Below are positions 17,752 to 26,231 of a stretch of DNA of 64,000 bases, one piece after another (positions within the stretch are counted from its first letter, which is position 1; each line of letters opens with the position of its first letter). This stretch comes from an uncultured Acidaminobacter sp. (GTDB taxonomy: Bacteria; Bacillota; Clostridia; Peptostreptococcales; Acidaminobacteraceae): assembly GCA_963677505.2 (NCBI GenBank), contig CAXXWB010000045.1:6870-70869 (forward strand), given 5' to 3'. The notes under the pieces were generated by a model. The model saw nothing but the letters and a program-made list of their open reading frames with translations, was not told where the DNA came from and did no database searches. Made by a program: the position numbers and the translations under genes.

Positions 17752-18150
17752 ATGTTGCCATTTCAATGTTATGGATTATTAATACGTTCTATTATTCAAG
17801 CAATCTTATTAGTACTAGTTTTAGATGCAATGGGTGCAATTAGCGGTAATATGCTTACTTATTTTGTACTATCTGTGTTCTTGTTTGTTCTACGATTAAT
17901 AGTTACAAATTATGCCATGAAAAAAGATGTGCATGAATTCTTTGTAAATTCTAATTCGTATTCAAAAGAAAAACTAAGTACCGAAAATTTTTATAAAAAA
18001 TATGCATTATTAGATCCCGAAATGAAAGTATATCATAGAAAGAAAAACCCCTTATATTATATAGTGTCATATAATGAAAGCTTTGGAATTATTGCATCTA
18101 AGAACGAACATGATATAGAAATCAACTCAATTAGAAATTATTATTTATAG
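17752..18150 (+). CDS. Membrane protein (about 132 aa), function unknown
   Basis: ATG 17752 lies 9 nt after GAGGAGG. The ORF track starts at 17734 in the same frame. Confidence 0.6.
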   Translation: MLPFQCYGLLIRSIIQAILLVLVLDAMGAISGNMLTYFVLSVFLFVLRLIVTNYAMKKDVHEFFVNSNSYSKEKLSTENFYKKYALLDPEMKVYHRKKNPLYYIVSYNESFGIIASKNEHDIEINSIRNYYL

Positions 18151-18183
18151 AAAGTAGAAGTGGCTGTAAAAATAAAGCCCTTC

Positions 18184-18228
18184 GCTTAACTTCGAATTCA
18201 CGAAATTTGTAATAGAATTGTCCGCACT
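18184..18228 (+). repeat. Truncated attC (5' part only)
   Basis: gcttaacttcgaattcacg..attgtcc matches the R''/L'' half of the consensus (gcttaactccgaacttacg..attgtca). Its upstream flank aaagcccttcgcttaac is complementary to the start of this cassette (gttaagcgaaagtcttt). No L'/R' half follows. Confidence 0.6.
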
Positions 18229-18645
18229 GTTGAGGAAAAATTGATGAAAAACCCAAATTCTCAAAAACCAACATACATAATGTTTGATCCAATGAAGGAT
18301 AGCATAGAGGATATAAAACGTGTAACTGACTCTGGCATATACTTGATTTGTTTTCGTGACTTGATGAAGCTACCTATTCCATTACAAAAAATAGAGTACT
18401 CCAGTTTTGAAAACGATAATGTACTTTACATTGGGAAGTCTTCAAGAGGTTTTTATAAACGAGATTATAAGAATCATTATTGTGGGTCGGCACGTAACTC
18501 AACAGTTAGAAAAAGCTTAGGAACATTGAACGGACTTAGAAGAAAGTATTATTCAAATCAAAAATATCGATTTATTGAGTCAGATGAAGAAAAGTTGACA
18601 CTTTGGATGAAAGAAAACCTCTTAATTTTTTATTGTGTGAACAGA

Positions 18646-19368
18646 AAACCCCCGGTTCTACCGGGGGTTCCAAAGAGCTTTAGCTTTGCCCAAAAAGAAT
18701 ACCTCCTTTTGTTAGAATAATGGTGGTTCGCCAACCGCTATTTTCTAATAAAAGGAGGATCCGAAATTGGATAAGAACAGTTTAGCACACACAACTTGGA
18801 ATTGCAAATATCACGTAGTGTTTGCACCAAAGTATAGACGACAAGCGATTTATGGAAAAATTAAGACAGATGTAGGAAAAATACTGAGGAAACTGTGTGA
18901 ACAAAAGGGCGTAAAAATTCTAGAAGCGACGGCTTGTTCTGACCATGTTCATATGGTTATCGAAATACCGCCAAAGCATAGTGTTTCGAGTATTATGGGA
19001 GATCTAAAAGGAAAAAGTTCTTTGATGATATTTGATAAGCACGCAAACTTGAAATATAAGTACGGAAATCGTCATTTTTGGTGTAGAGGTTACTATGTAG
19101 ATACAGTAGGAAGAAATGAAAAAGCAATAAGAGAATATGTGAAAAATCAACTCCAAGAGGATATAGCTAATGATCAAATAAGTATCATGGAATATGTTGA
19201 CCCGTTTACGGGTGAGCAAGCAGCGAAAAAGGGCAAAAAATAAAAGCTGCTTTAGCAGCAGCCAGTAAACGCAAGCGTTTGGCGAACCAAATCAATGAGC
19301 CTTAAGGCTCACGCGGGCAACATGCCCTTATAGGGCGGAACAAACTACCCGCTAAGCGGGTAGTTTTG
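18646..19368 (+). mobile_element. IS200/IS605-family element (tnpA only); ends approximate
   Basis: Y1 transposase gene flanked by subterminal hairpins aaacccccggttctaccgggggtt (left) and aaactacccgctaagcgggtagtttt (right). Confidence 0.65.
18767..19243 (+). CDS. tnpA: IS200/IS605 family Y1 (HUH) transposase TnpA
   Basis: 158 aa. HUH motif SDHVHMVIE; catalytic-Tyr region FWCRGYYVDTVG. TTG start after AGGAGG. Confidence 0.9.
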   Translation: MDKNSLAHTTWNCKYHVVFAPKYRRQAIYGKIKTDVGKILRKLCEQKGVKILEATACSDHVHMVIEIPPKHSVSSIMGDLKGKSSLMIFDKHANLKYKYGNRHFWCRGYYVDTVGRNEKAIREYVKNQLQEDIANDQISIMEYVDPFTGEQAAKKGKK

Positions 19369-19502
19369 ATTTGATTACGAATGACTACGATTCTGAAGAA
19401 ATTAAGTACATCAGTAGATACTATCCACCACTAAATATAAAAATAATAATTCGTTTAGAAACGTAGAATTTAGGAAAGAGTTGAAAATGATGAGGAATAA
19501 TC

Positions 19503-19727
19503 ATGAATGACATGGATAAAGATATTTTTCTTATTGGTTTCATTGTGTCTATATCTATATATTATTTATTAAGACATTTTGTAAATAGGAAAACAGAACT
19601 GAATTTGCCTATTTTACCAGAACGATTTCATGAAGACCCACTTAAGACATTGGCACAAGCTCTACTAACTATGATAAGCATAGGTTTAGGTATGTTTATA
19701 ACTATCTCTGTCGCAAAAATTATATAA
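19503..19727 (+). CDS. Small membrane protein (74 aa, 2 TM)
   Basis: ORF followed by attC 19. Confidence 0.5.
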   Translation: MNDMDKDIFLIGFIVSISIYYLLRHFVNRKTELNLPILPERFHEDPLKTLAQALLTMISIGLGMFITISVAKII

Positions 19728-19776
19728 GGACAAAAAACGTAAAAAGTTGAAATACATAATCGAGAGACCAAACTTC

Positions 19777-19895
19777 GCTTAACTCCGAACTTACGCCATT
19801 GCCTATTGTCACGTCTTTTGCGCATGCAAAAGCCCCGCCAACTTGCCGCTGCGGCGTCAAGCACGGCAATGACGTAAGTTCGTCTTTCGTTATAC
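19777..19895 (+). repeat. attC site 19 (119 nt)
   Basis: R'' gcttaac, R' gttatac. Confidence 0.9.
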
Positions 19896-20047
19896 GAAAG
19901 ACTTATTCGATTTACAGCATTTTAAATAAAAAAAATGCGTAATCAAAATCGAAGAAATAGTATTTATCTAGGTTGATATATCTAATTTTGATCAAGTCAA
20001 AATAGCAAGAATAATTGAGTAGTCTTTTGGAGGAATTATTGAGATAT

Positions 20048-20377
20048 ATGAAAATTATTGATAAATTAAATAGAGTTTTGAAAAACTTATTCAATGATAA
20101 TAATATAATTCGCACACAAGACACCTTAGTATTCACCACTAAGGAAATAATTAATCAAGGCGCTCCAATTTTATTAGTAACCCATGATGAGGACGATGGA
20201 TCATGGCAATTTCTAAGTGGGCAGGATATATCTGAAAAAGATGCGATGATTGTTGGATTAATAGAAATTTTAAATCATGATGCGAGTTTAAAGAGCGTTT
20301 TAAATCTACCCATGGGATACTTTGCGACAAGAGGCAGAATCAGTGAAGAGTGGATATTTCAAAAGATTTGTGATTAG
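20048..20377 (+). CDS. Hypothetical protein, DUF2185-like (family assignment from memory)
   Basis: About 109 aa from ATG 20048; the ORF track starts at TTG 20015. Motif LLVTHDEDDGSWQFLSG. Confidence 0.55.
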   Translation: MKIIDKLNRVLKNLFNDNNIIRTQDTLVFTTKEIINQGAPILLVTHDEDDGSWQFLSGQDISEKDAMIVGLIEILNHDASLKSVLNLPMGYFATRGRISEEWIFQKICD

Positions 20378-20492
20378 TCAATTTTAAGTAGGCTTTGGAA
20401 TTATTATTGTGACTTTGAATTGCATTAAACAGTGATATTTTTTCGTACTTATAATTTAGCTGAAGATAGAGCAAAAATGGAGGATTAGCGAA

Positions 20493-20654
20493 TTGAATAT
20501 TTCCTTAATCTCTACAATATTGATTCTGATTTTGTTTTATATAATTCTAGCGAAATACTGGTGTCGATTTGCAGATTGGATTGGGAAAAGTATTGGATTA
20601 AAGAAATTAATAGAATGGATTATAAGTAGATTTATGAGCAACGGAGAAAAATAA
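20493..20654 (+). CDS. Small single-TM protein (53 aa)
   Basis: TTG start 9 nt after GGAGG. Translation MNISLISTILILILFYIILAKYWCRFADWIGKSIGLKKLIEWIISRFMSNGEK. A TATAAT-like box lies about 45 nt upstream. Below the ORF-track cutoff. Confidence 0.45.
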   Translation: MNISLISTILILILFYIILAKYWCRFADWIGKSIGLKKLIEWIISRFMSNGEK

Positions 20655-20670
20655 TGGCTCAAAGTCCTTC

Positions 20671-20789
20671 GTATAACTCCGAACTTACGTCATTGCCTAT
20701 TGTCATGTCTTTTGCGCATGCAAAAGCCCCGCCAACTTGGCGTTGCGACGCCAAGCACGGCAACGACGTAAGTTCGTCTTTCGTTATGC
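20671..20789 (+). repeat. attC site 20 (119 nt)
   Basis: R'' gtataac, R' gttatgc. Confidence 0.9.
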
Positions 20790-20820
20790 GAAATCATTTA
20801 TATTTCAAGGGGGAATTTAA

Positions 20821-21824
20821 TTGGAACATTCACATAGTAACGAAGAGCTTCAAAAGATAACTGAGAAATTCAGGTATATGGTATTAGATTTTAGCTTTAA
20901 TAGAGCTTATTCAGAAGAAATTAGGAAATTAATCAAGTTTATTGTGAAAATCTTTTAACCATAAAGATATCTAATAAGCAACGAGTATTAAATTTCCTTC
21001 TTGTTAATATTTTTAATAGTTATGATACTCTACTCTTATTAATAGATAAAAATAAATTAATTGACACTCATGTTATAGCGAGAAGAATAATAGAAATAGT
21101 GATAAAAAATGAATATTTATCCAAAACTGAGAGATACGATGATTTTTATAATGAAAGGTATCACGAGAAACAACAGCTTTTAAGAACTCTGATTAAAGGC
21201 CATAGGGCAAGAGATATTATTGAAAACCCTATATGGAAAGAAAGACATATTATTCTTTCAGAAAATAAGAAGTTATATAGTGAATCCAAATCAAAAAAAA
21301 TAAGAGTGTCAGAATTGCCAAAAATTGAACAAATGGCTAAAATAGTTGATCTAAGTTATCTTTATAGTGTATCGTATAGTTCTTGGTCAAAGTTAGTCCA
21401 TTGCAATATGTCTGCTGAATCTAGTGTTCTATATAACAATTCTGAGAATTATTATTATGATATTTATGAAACTGAAATGGATTCTGTAAGGATGGGTATT
21501 TATAGGGGGGTACTTAGTAGTGTTAATGCAAGTATTGTTCTCTTTTTAGAAAAATACATTGAAATTACAGAGTTATATAAGGACACATTTACTGAATTCA
21601 AACAAAATAATATATTAGCTTCGGTTGACTTATATACGGGAAGAAGCAATAAATCTGATAATATAGCAGAAAAAATGGCAGAAAATTTATACGGAATTAC
21701 ACTTGATTCACCGATTGATGAATCTGAAGCAATTTTGGAAACAGATATGGAAAAATTTAAACGTAGTAATGAGGAATTAGAAGATTTGATATTAAAAACC
21801 GAAGCTGAAATTTCTAGACTTTGA
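20821..21824 (+). pseudogene. Frameshifted gene for an all-alpha protein (possibly DUF5677/AbiV-like; weak assignment)
   Basis: A TTG 20821 ORF with AAGGGGGA RBS stops at 20956-20958. The frame of ORF 21099-21824 is open upstream to about 20935 with no start codon, reading ..ISNKQRVLNFLLVNIFNSYDTLLLLIDKNKLIDTHVIARRIIEIV... This implies a 1-nt indel near gtgaaaatcttttaacc. Confidence 0.5.
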
Positions 21825-21843
21825 GATAAATTTAAATGACTTC

Positions 21844-21962
21844 GCATAACTCCGAACTTACGTCATTGCCTATTGTCATGTCTTTTGCGCATGCAAAAGC
21901 CCCGCCAACTTGCCGCTGCGGCGTCAAGCACGGCAACGACGTAAGTTCGTCTTTCGTTATGT
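21844..21962 (+). repeat. attC site 21 (119 nt)
   Basis: R'' gcataac, R' gttatgt. Confidence 0.9.
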
Positions 21963-22130
21963 GAAAGCCTCCAAGAAATATGGTTGTAAGATTATTTATC
22001 AAATATTTAATTAGAAGTAGTTAAGACAACATTACTATCTAATTCTTTAATAAATATTTATATAGCTCATATTGTAAACGCTATTTAAAATTATTGTTGA
22101 AGATTAGGTCTTAAAATCACTGGAGGAAAA

Positions 22131-22877
22131 ATGATAAAATATACCAAAATCGGTGCGCTTTTAATTACTGCTATCCTAATAATCGGTGCAGCATTAAATA
22201 TGAGCCAGAAACTATATGGAACAAATATATTAGATAAAATTTATGTATTATCGAACGAAAAAGTTGTAAAGAATGGTATTAAAGAAAGCAATTATAAAGA
22301 ACAAGAGAATATTGATAAAAAAAGAAGTTTAGCTATGTCGACATTAAAGAAGGTAGTTAAAAGTGAATGTGATTTTTACAATGTAGATGATAAAGTTGAC
22401 GTGAGATTGAATAAATTTGATTTTGTAAATGGTTCTAAATTGGATAAAGCACTTGCAATAAAAAATTTTTCTGTAATAGATTTAGATGGAGATGAAATAC
22501 CAGAAGTTGTACTTTTTACTGATGAAATTCAATATGAAATTTTACAATATGATGATAATAAAGTATATGGATATAATATATTTTTCAGAGAACTTATGAA
22601 TATTAAAATTGATGGAACATTTAGTTTTTCTGGTGGTGCCTCTGACAGTGGGTTTGGTAGAATGATATTTTCAATAAATAATCGCAGTATTCAAAACGAA
22701 GTGTACTCAGAATCTCATAATATAGGTGATAAAAATGTAATTTCTTATTTTAAGAATCAATTAGAAATAACGGAAAGTGATTATTTTAAGTTTATTGATG
22801 AGCAGAACAAAAAAGAAGACATTAAGTGGTATGATTTTACAGTTGAGAATATTGAGAAAGTCTTCTCAATGGAATAA
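22131..22877 (+). CDS. Secreted or membrane-anchored hypothetical protein (248 aa)
   Basis: N-terminal hydrophobic helix IGALLITAILIIGAAL; GGAGG RBS. Confidence 0.7.
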   Translation: MIKYTKIGALLITAILIIGAALNMSQKLYGTNILDKIYVLSNEKVVKNGIKESNYKEQENIDKKRSLAMSTLKKVVKSECDFYNVDDKVDVRLNKFDFVNGSKLDKALAIKNFSVIDLDGDEIPEVVLFTDEIQYEILQYDDNKVYGYNIFFRELMNIKIDGTFSFSGGASDSGFGRMIFSINNRSIQNEVYSESHNIGDKNVISYFKNQLEITESDYFKFIDEQNKKEDIKWYDFTVENIEKVFSME

Positions 22878-22941
22878 TAAAAAGATCGATTTATAATTAG
22901 ATATAATAGAAAATTATTGTTGAGTTTGATTTACGGCCTTC

Positions 22942-23066
22942 ACATAACTCCGAACTTACGCCATTGCCTATTGTCATGCCTTTTGCGGTGGTACTTGCAA
23001 AAGTCCCGCCAACTTGCCGCTAGGGCGTCAAGCACGGCAACGTCGTCAGTTCGTCTTTCGTTATAC
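22942..23066 (+). repeat. attC site 22 (125-nt class)
   Basis: R'' acataac, R' gttatac. Confidence 0.9.
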
Positions 23067-23213
23067 GACAGTTTTCTTTGCAAAATTTTGTTATTTGAAT
23101 TACATTTTTTTGATTTAAAGAAAAATCAAAATCTGATTAAACATGATATATACTCGTTGCAATTGCGGCAAACATAACAATAATTTCCATGCATTGGGTA
23201 TAAGTAATTCTTA

Positions 23214-23236
23214 CACACACGGCTCTCAATTTACGA
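23214..23236 (+). repeat. Possible decayed attC 3' remnant upstream of TA copy 2
   Basis: cacacggctctcaatttacgac resembles caagcacggc..tctttcgttatacgac with an internal deletion. The window start (tctcattatgcgac) shows the same remnant before TA copy 1. Confidence 0.25.
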
Positions 23237-23299
23237 CAGTTTAAACCCTTTTCAATACCAACTGTCATCGGTTATAATAAATAGTAAGAGGTGATTTGT

Positions 23300-23473
23300 A
23301 TGACACTTGTAGAGAAATTTGTAAAAGAGTTTGAAGAATTATCAACTGACAGACAAGCGGAAGTAATAGATTTTATTGAGTTCCTCAAAGAGAAAGAGAA
23401 CAAAAGAATTGAAGGATTAATGGATCTAATTATTGATGAAAATAAGGAAGCTTTATTGGAGCTTGCCAAATGA
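23300..23473 (+). CDS. Antitoxin of Phd/Doc-type module, copy 2
   Basis: Translation identical to 77-250. Confidence 0.7.
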   Translation: MTLVEKFVKEFEELSTDRQAEVIDFIEFLKEKENKRIEGLMDLIIDENKEALLELAK

Positions 23474-23850
23474 AAAATCTAGATATCAAGCAAGTTGTAG
23501 TATTTCATGAGAAAATCATCGAAAAGACTGGTGGTAGCCACGGAGTCAAAAATTATGGCTTAGTAGAAAGCGCACTTCATAGAGGTGAGGCAAGTTTTTC
23601 AGGAGAGGATTTTTATCCAAGTTTAGAATCAAAAATATCTGCTATAACCCATAGCTTAATTAGTAATCATGGATTTGTTGACGGGAATAAAAGAATTGGT
23701 GTATCCGTAATGCTGATGCTTTTGAAAATCAATTCACTTGAAATTCAATACAGCCAAATAGAATTGGTCAATTTAGGATTATCAGTGGCTTCAGGCGAAA
23801 TGGATGAAAAGCAAATTGAATCATGGATAAATGCAAGAAAAGTAAAGTAA
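23470..23850 (+). CDS. doc: Fic/Doc family toxin, copy 2
   Basis: 126 aa with HGFVDGNKRIG. It has 4 aa differences from copy 1, all in the C-terminal third. Confidence 0.85.
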   Translation: MKNLDIKQVVVFHEKIIEKTGGSHGVKNYGLVESALHRGEASFSGEDFYPSLESKISAITHSLISNHGFVDGNKRIGVSVMLMLLKINSLEIQYSQIELVNLGLSVASGEMDEKQIESWINARKVK

Positions 23851-23924
23851 GGGGAGAAATCCTCTTTTTTTATAATAAATATATGGAATATAATGCTTAT
23901 TAAAACAATAAAAAGAAAACCATC

Positions 23925-24043
23925 GTATAACTCCGAACTTACGCCATTGCCTATTGTCACGTCTTTTGCGCATGCAAAAGCCCCGCCAACTTGCCGCTGG
24001 GGCGTCAAGCACGGCAACGACGTAAGTTCGTCTTTCGTTATAC
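23925..24043 (+). repeat. attC site 23 (119 nt)
   Basis: R'' gtataac, R' gttatac. Confidence 0.9.
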
Positions 24044-24162
24044 GAAAGTTCCCAGATTGTGATTGGAATAGTCAAGAAAAGTGCAGTCTATAAACTCACT
24101 AAATTAATCAAGGTGGATAATCCTATTGAAATTGCTTGAGTTTATTTAATCGACAACAATAG

Positions 24163-25020
24163 TTATGCAGCTTGGGTCGTTACTAAACTTTTCATACGAT
24201 AGGCGTACGGTGACAAACCTTGTGGGTTTGATGTATAGATTCGCTGTTTGTTGTAATAAATCATGATGTAGCGAAAAATTACTGACTTGATCTGGTGCAT
24301 TGGGAAATGTTCTGTTCCTATTCGGTAGAGTTTCTCTTTTTTCAAAGTAGCAAAGAAGCTCTCCATCCTTGCATTATCATAGCATCTACCAGTGCCACTC
24401 ATACTTTGTGTGGCACCATACTGAGCCAAAGCATTTCGAAAGTCATAACTTGTATACTGACTTCCTCGATCTGAATGGAGAATCATAGCTTTTGCTCCTT
24501 GAGATTTGCATGCGTTCTCAAAGGCTTGAATACACAGTTCTTTACGCATGTTGTTATCCATTGATAGACCTACAATCTCGCCATTGAAACAGTCGAGAAT
24601 TGGTGCTATATAAAGTTTGCCATCGGAACACTGTACCTCAGTGATATCGGTCAACCACTTCTGATTCGGCGCTGTTGCCGTAAAGTCTCGCTGGATTATA
24701 TTTTCGCTCTTCTGTGCTGCAGCATCTTCACGGGTAATGCCATTAGGATGACGTTTCCGTTTTTAAGCATCTGATGTTTCTTCATGATTCGGTAAACTGT
24801 ACTGTAGCTTACGTTCTGATCCATCTGTAAAAGTCCTAAATGAACCCGCTGAACGCCATAGTTATCGTTGTCAGGATATTGACTTAGAATAGCTTTGATA
24901 TGACCCAGAAGAAGGTCTTCACGTTTAAGTCGGTCTGTACTAAAATAACCTGACTCGCTGACCCTAAGAGCTATACAAAGGTCATGAATGCTGTATTTTG
25001 AACGCCTTAGACTGATGAAA
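24163..25020 (-). pseudogene. IS3-family transposase OrfB, frameshifted
   Basis: The C-terminal 163 aa are intact. A 1-nt loss in the A-run (atgcttaaaaacgg vs atgcttaaaaagcg in copy 1) breaks the frame, and a 12-13-nt deletion lies near 24940. Confidence 0.75.
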
Positions 25021-25039
25021 ACGTATAAACGCTGGGGTT

Positions 25040-25327
25040 TTACTTCTTCCGGTCTTTTGCGAAAAAACCTAATGCATCCTTTAGAATTTCATTGGCCTTG
25101 CGGAGCTCAGCATTTTCTTTTTCAAGTTCAAGTTCGCGACGACTTCTAGGGTCTATACGCAAGTTTCCACTGCCAACATAGGCGAGCTCGCCGTAATGGG
25201 TACGTTTTTGGCGCCAGTTGGACAAGGTGTGATAGGGAACACCAAGTTGCTTTGCAGCTGTAGCAAGTCCAATTTCATCAGAAAGTTTGACTGCTTCAAT
25301 TTTAAAGGCGGTATCATAAGTTTTCAT
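25040..25327 (-). CDS. IS3-family transposase OrfA
   Basis: 95 aa, 1 aa different from copy 1. Confidence 0.85.
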   Translation of the reverse strand: MKTYDTAFKIEAVKLSDEIGLATAAKQLGVPYHTLSNWRQKRTHYGELAYVGSGNLRIDPRSRRELELEKENAELRKANEILKDALGFFAKDRKK

Positions 25328-25529
25328 GTCGAATCCTCACTTTCATACATATGGGTTATATTTATCATATCTTATTTAGTGAGTTTTGCGACTGCACTTT
25401 TATGATAGCATTCCAACTTTGGACTGTATATTTACTTTTAAAGATTAGAAGAAGATCAAATTCTATGAGCCATTATGAATGTGATTAATAATACATAAAT
25501 CATGCCTAGATTAAGAAAGTAGGACTAAT

Positions 25530-26025
25530 ATGAAATTAAAAAAACTAGACCAATGCAGTGAAGCTTCATACATATATTACTGTGATGCTTTTAAAGAGGC
25601 TCATGAGATGCCTTTTTCTAGCAACTTAATGAACCTAGATTATAAAACATGGATTAATGAAAGTAAAAAGTTAGAAGATAGGATGCAACTGCCAAGTGGT
25701 TATGTTCCTTCTCATACATTTTTCTTAGTGGACGAGAGTAAACACTTGCTGGGAAATGTAAGCATTAGAACAGAATTAAATGACTATTTAAGTAAGTACG
25801 GCGGTAATATTGGATATGTGGTTTCTCCTGAAGAGAGAGGCAGAAAATATGGGAAGAAACTACTAGAACTAGCACTTGAAGAAGCAAAAAAAACTTGGGC
25901 TAAAAGAAGTACTACTAACATGTGATAAATCGAATATAGCATCTTCGAAAATAATCACGGGAAATGGCGGAACATTAGATTCAGAAGATATGGTTGAAGG
26001 TGTGGAGATTGAACGCTATTTGATT
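25530..26025 (+). pseudogene. GNAT family acetyltransferase with a frameshift in an A8 run
   Basis: ..GNIGYVVSPEERGRKYGKKLLELALEEAKK then the frame changes at gcaaaaaaaactt. The shifted frame continues LGLKEVLLTCDKSNIASSKIITGNGG..IERYLIKL. Paralogous to 28601-29133. Confidence 0.6.
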
Positions 26026-26106
26026 AAGTTATAGAACCGAGAGGCTTAGTTGAAGGTAAAACTAGAAGAAATATAGATTTTAGAATGAGTGGTATCGAAT
26101 ACCGTC

Positions 26107-26231
26107 GTATAACTCCGAACTTACGCCATTGCCTATTGTCACGCCTTTTGCGGAGAACCGTGCAAAAGCCCCGCCAACTTGCCGCTGAAGCGTCAAGCAC
26201 GGCAACGTGGTCAGTTCGTCTTTCGTTATGC
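26107..26231 (+). repeat. attC site 24 (125-nt class), last site of the array
   Basis: R'' gtataac, R' gttatgc. No further copies of the repeat occur downstream. Confidence 0.9.

Larger units (their letters stand above)
18244..19466 (+). pseudogene. GIY-YIG nuclease-domain gene interrupted by an IS200-type element
   Basis: N-terminal part carries SGIYLICF and NVLYIGKSSRG (GIY / YIG). The reading frame runs into the IS left-end hairpin. After the IS a different frame reads ..DYDSEEIKYISRYYPPLNIK.., the conserved E..I....P.LN end of GIY-YIG domains. Confidence 0.6.
24064..25415 (-). mobile_element. IS3-family insertion sequence, copy 2 (diverged, orfB inactivated)
   Basis: Ends TGGAATAGTCAAGAAAAGTGCAGTC.. 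and ..GACTGCACTTTTATGATAGCATTCCA. Clearly diverged from copy 1 at the nucleotide level and 12 nt shorter. Confidence 0.8.
1..26231 (+). other. Integron-type gene cassette array (24 cassettes; integrase and attI not in window, expected upstream of position 1)
   Basis: 24 same-orientation copies of a 119/125-nt imperfect palindrome, each just 3' of +strand ORF(s). Each begins xxxTAAC (RYYYAAC-like) and ends GTTAxxx (GTTRRRY-like). The 7-mer ending each site is the reverse complement of the 7-mer starting the next site at 22 of 23 junctions; the 23rd differs only by two transitions. This is the expected footprint of G|TT cassette exchange. Confidence 0.9.

Noticed and set aside
1-26231. CRISPR array as an explanation for the regularly spaced repeats.
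   Set aside because: The repeat unit is 119-125 nt rather than 25-40 nt. The 'spacers' are 0.35-2.2 kb and contain RBS-led ORFs. The repeats are long imperfect palindromes, and there are no cas genes.
1-26231. REP/MITE-type dispersed repeat as an explanation.
   Set aside because: All copies have one orientation and are confined to one contiguous block that stops abruptly at 26231. The variable end of each copy is complementary to the start of the next copy, not to its own start. That pattern fits site-specific cassette exchange, not transposition.
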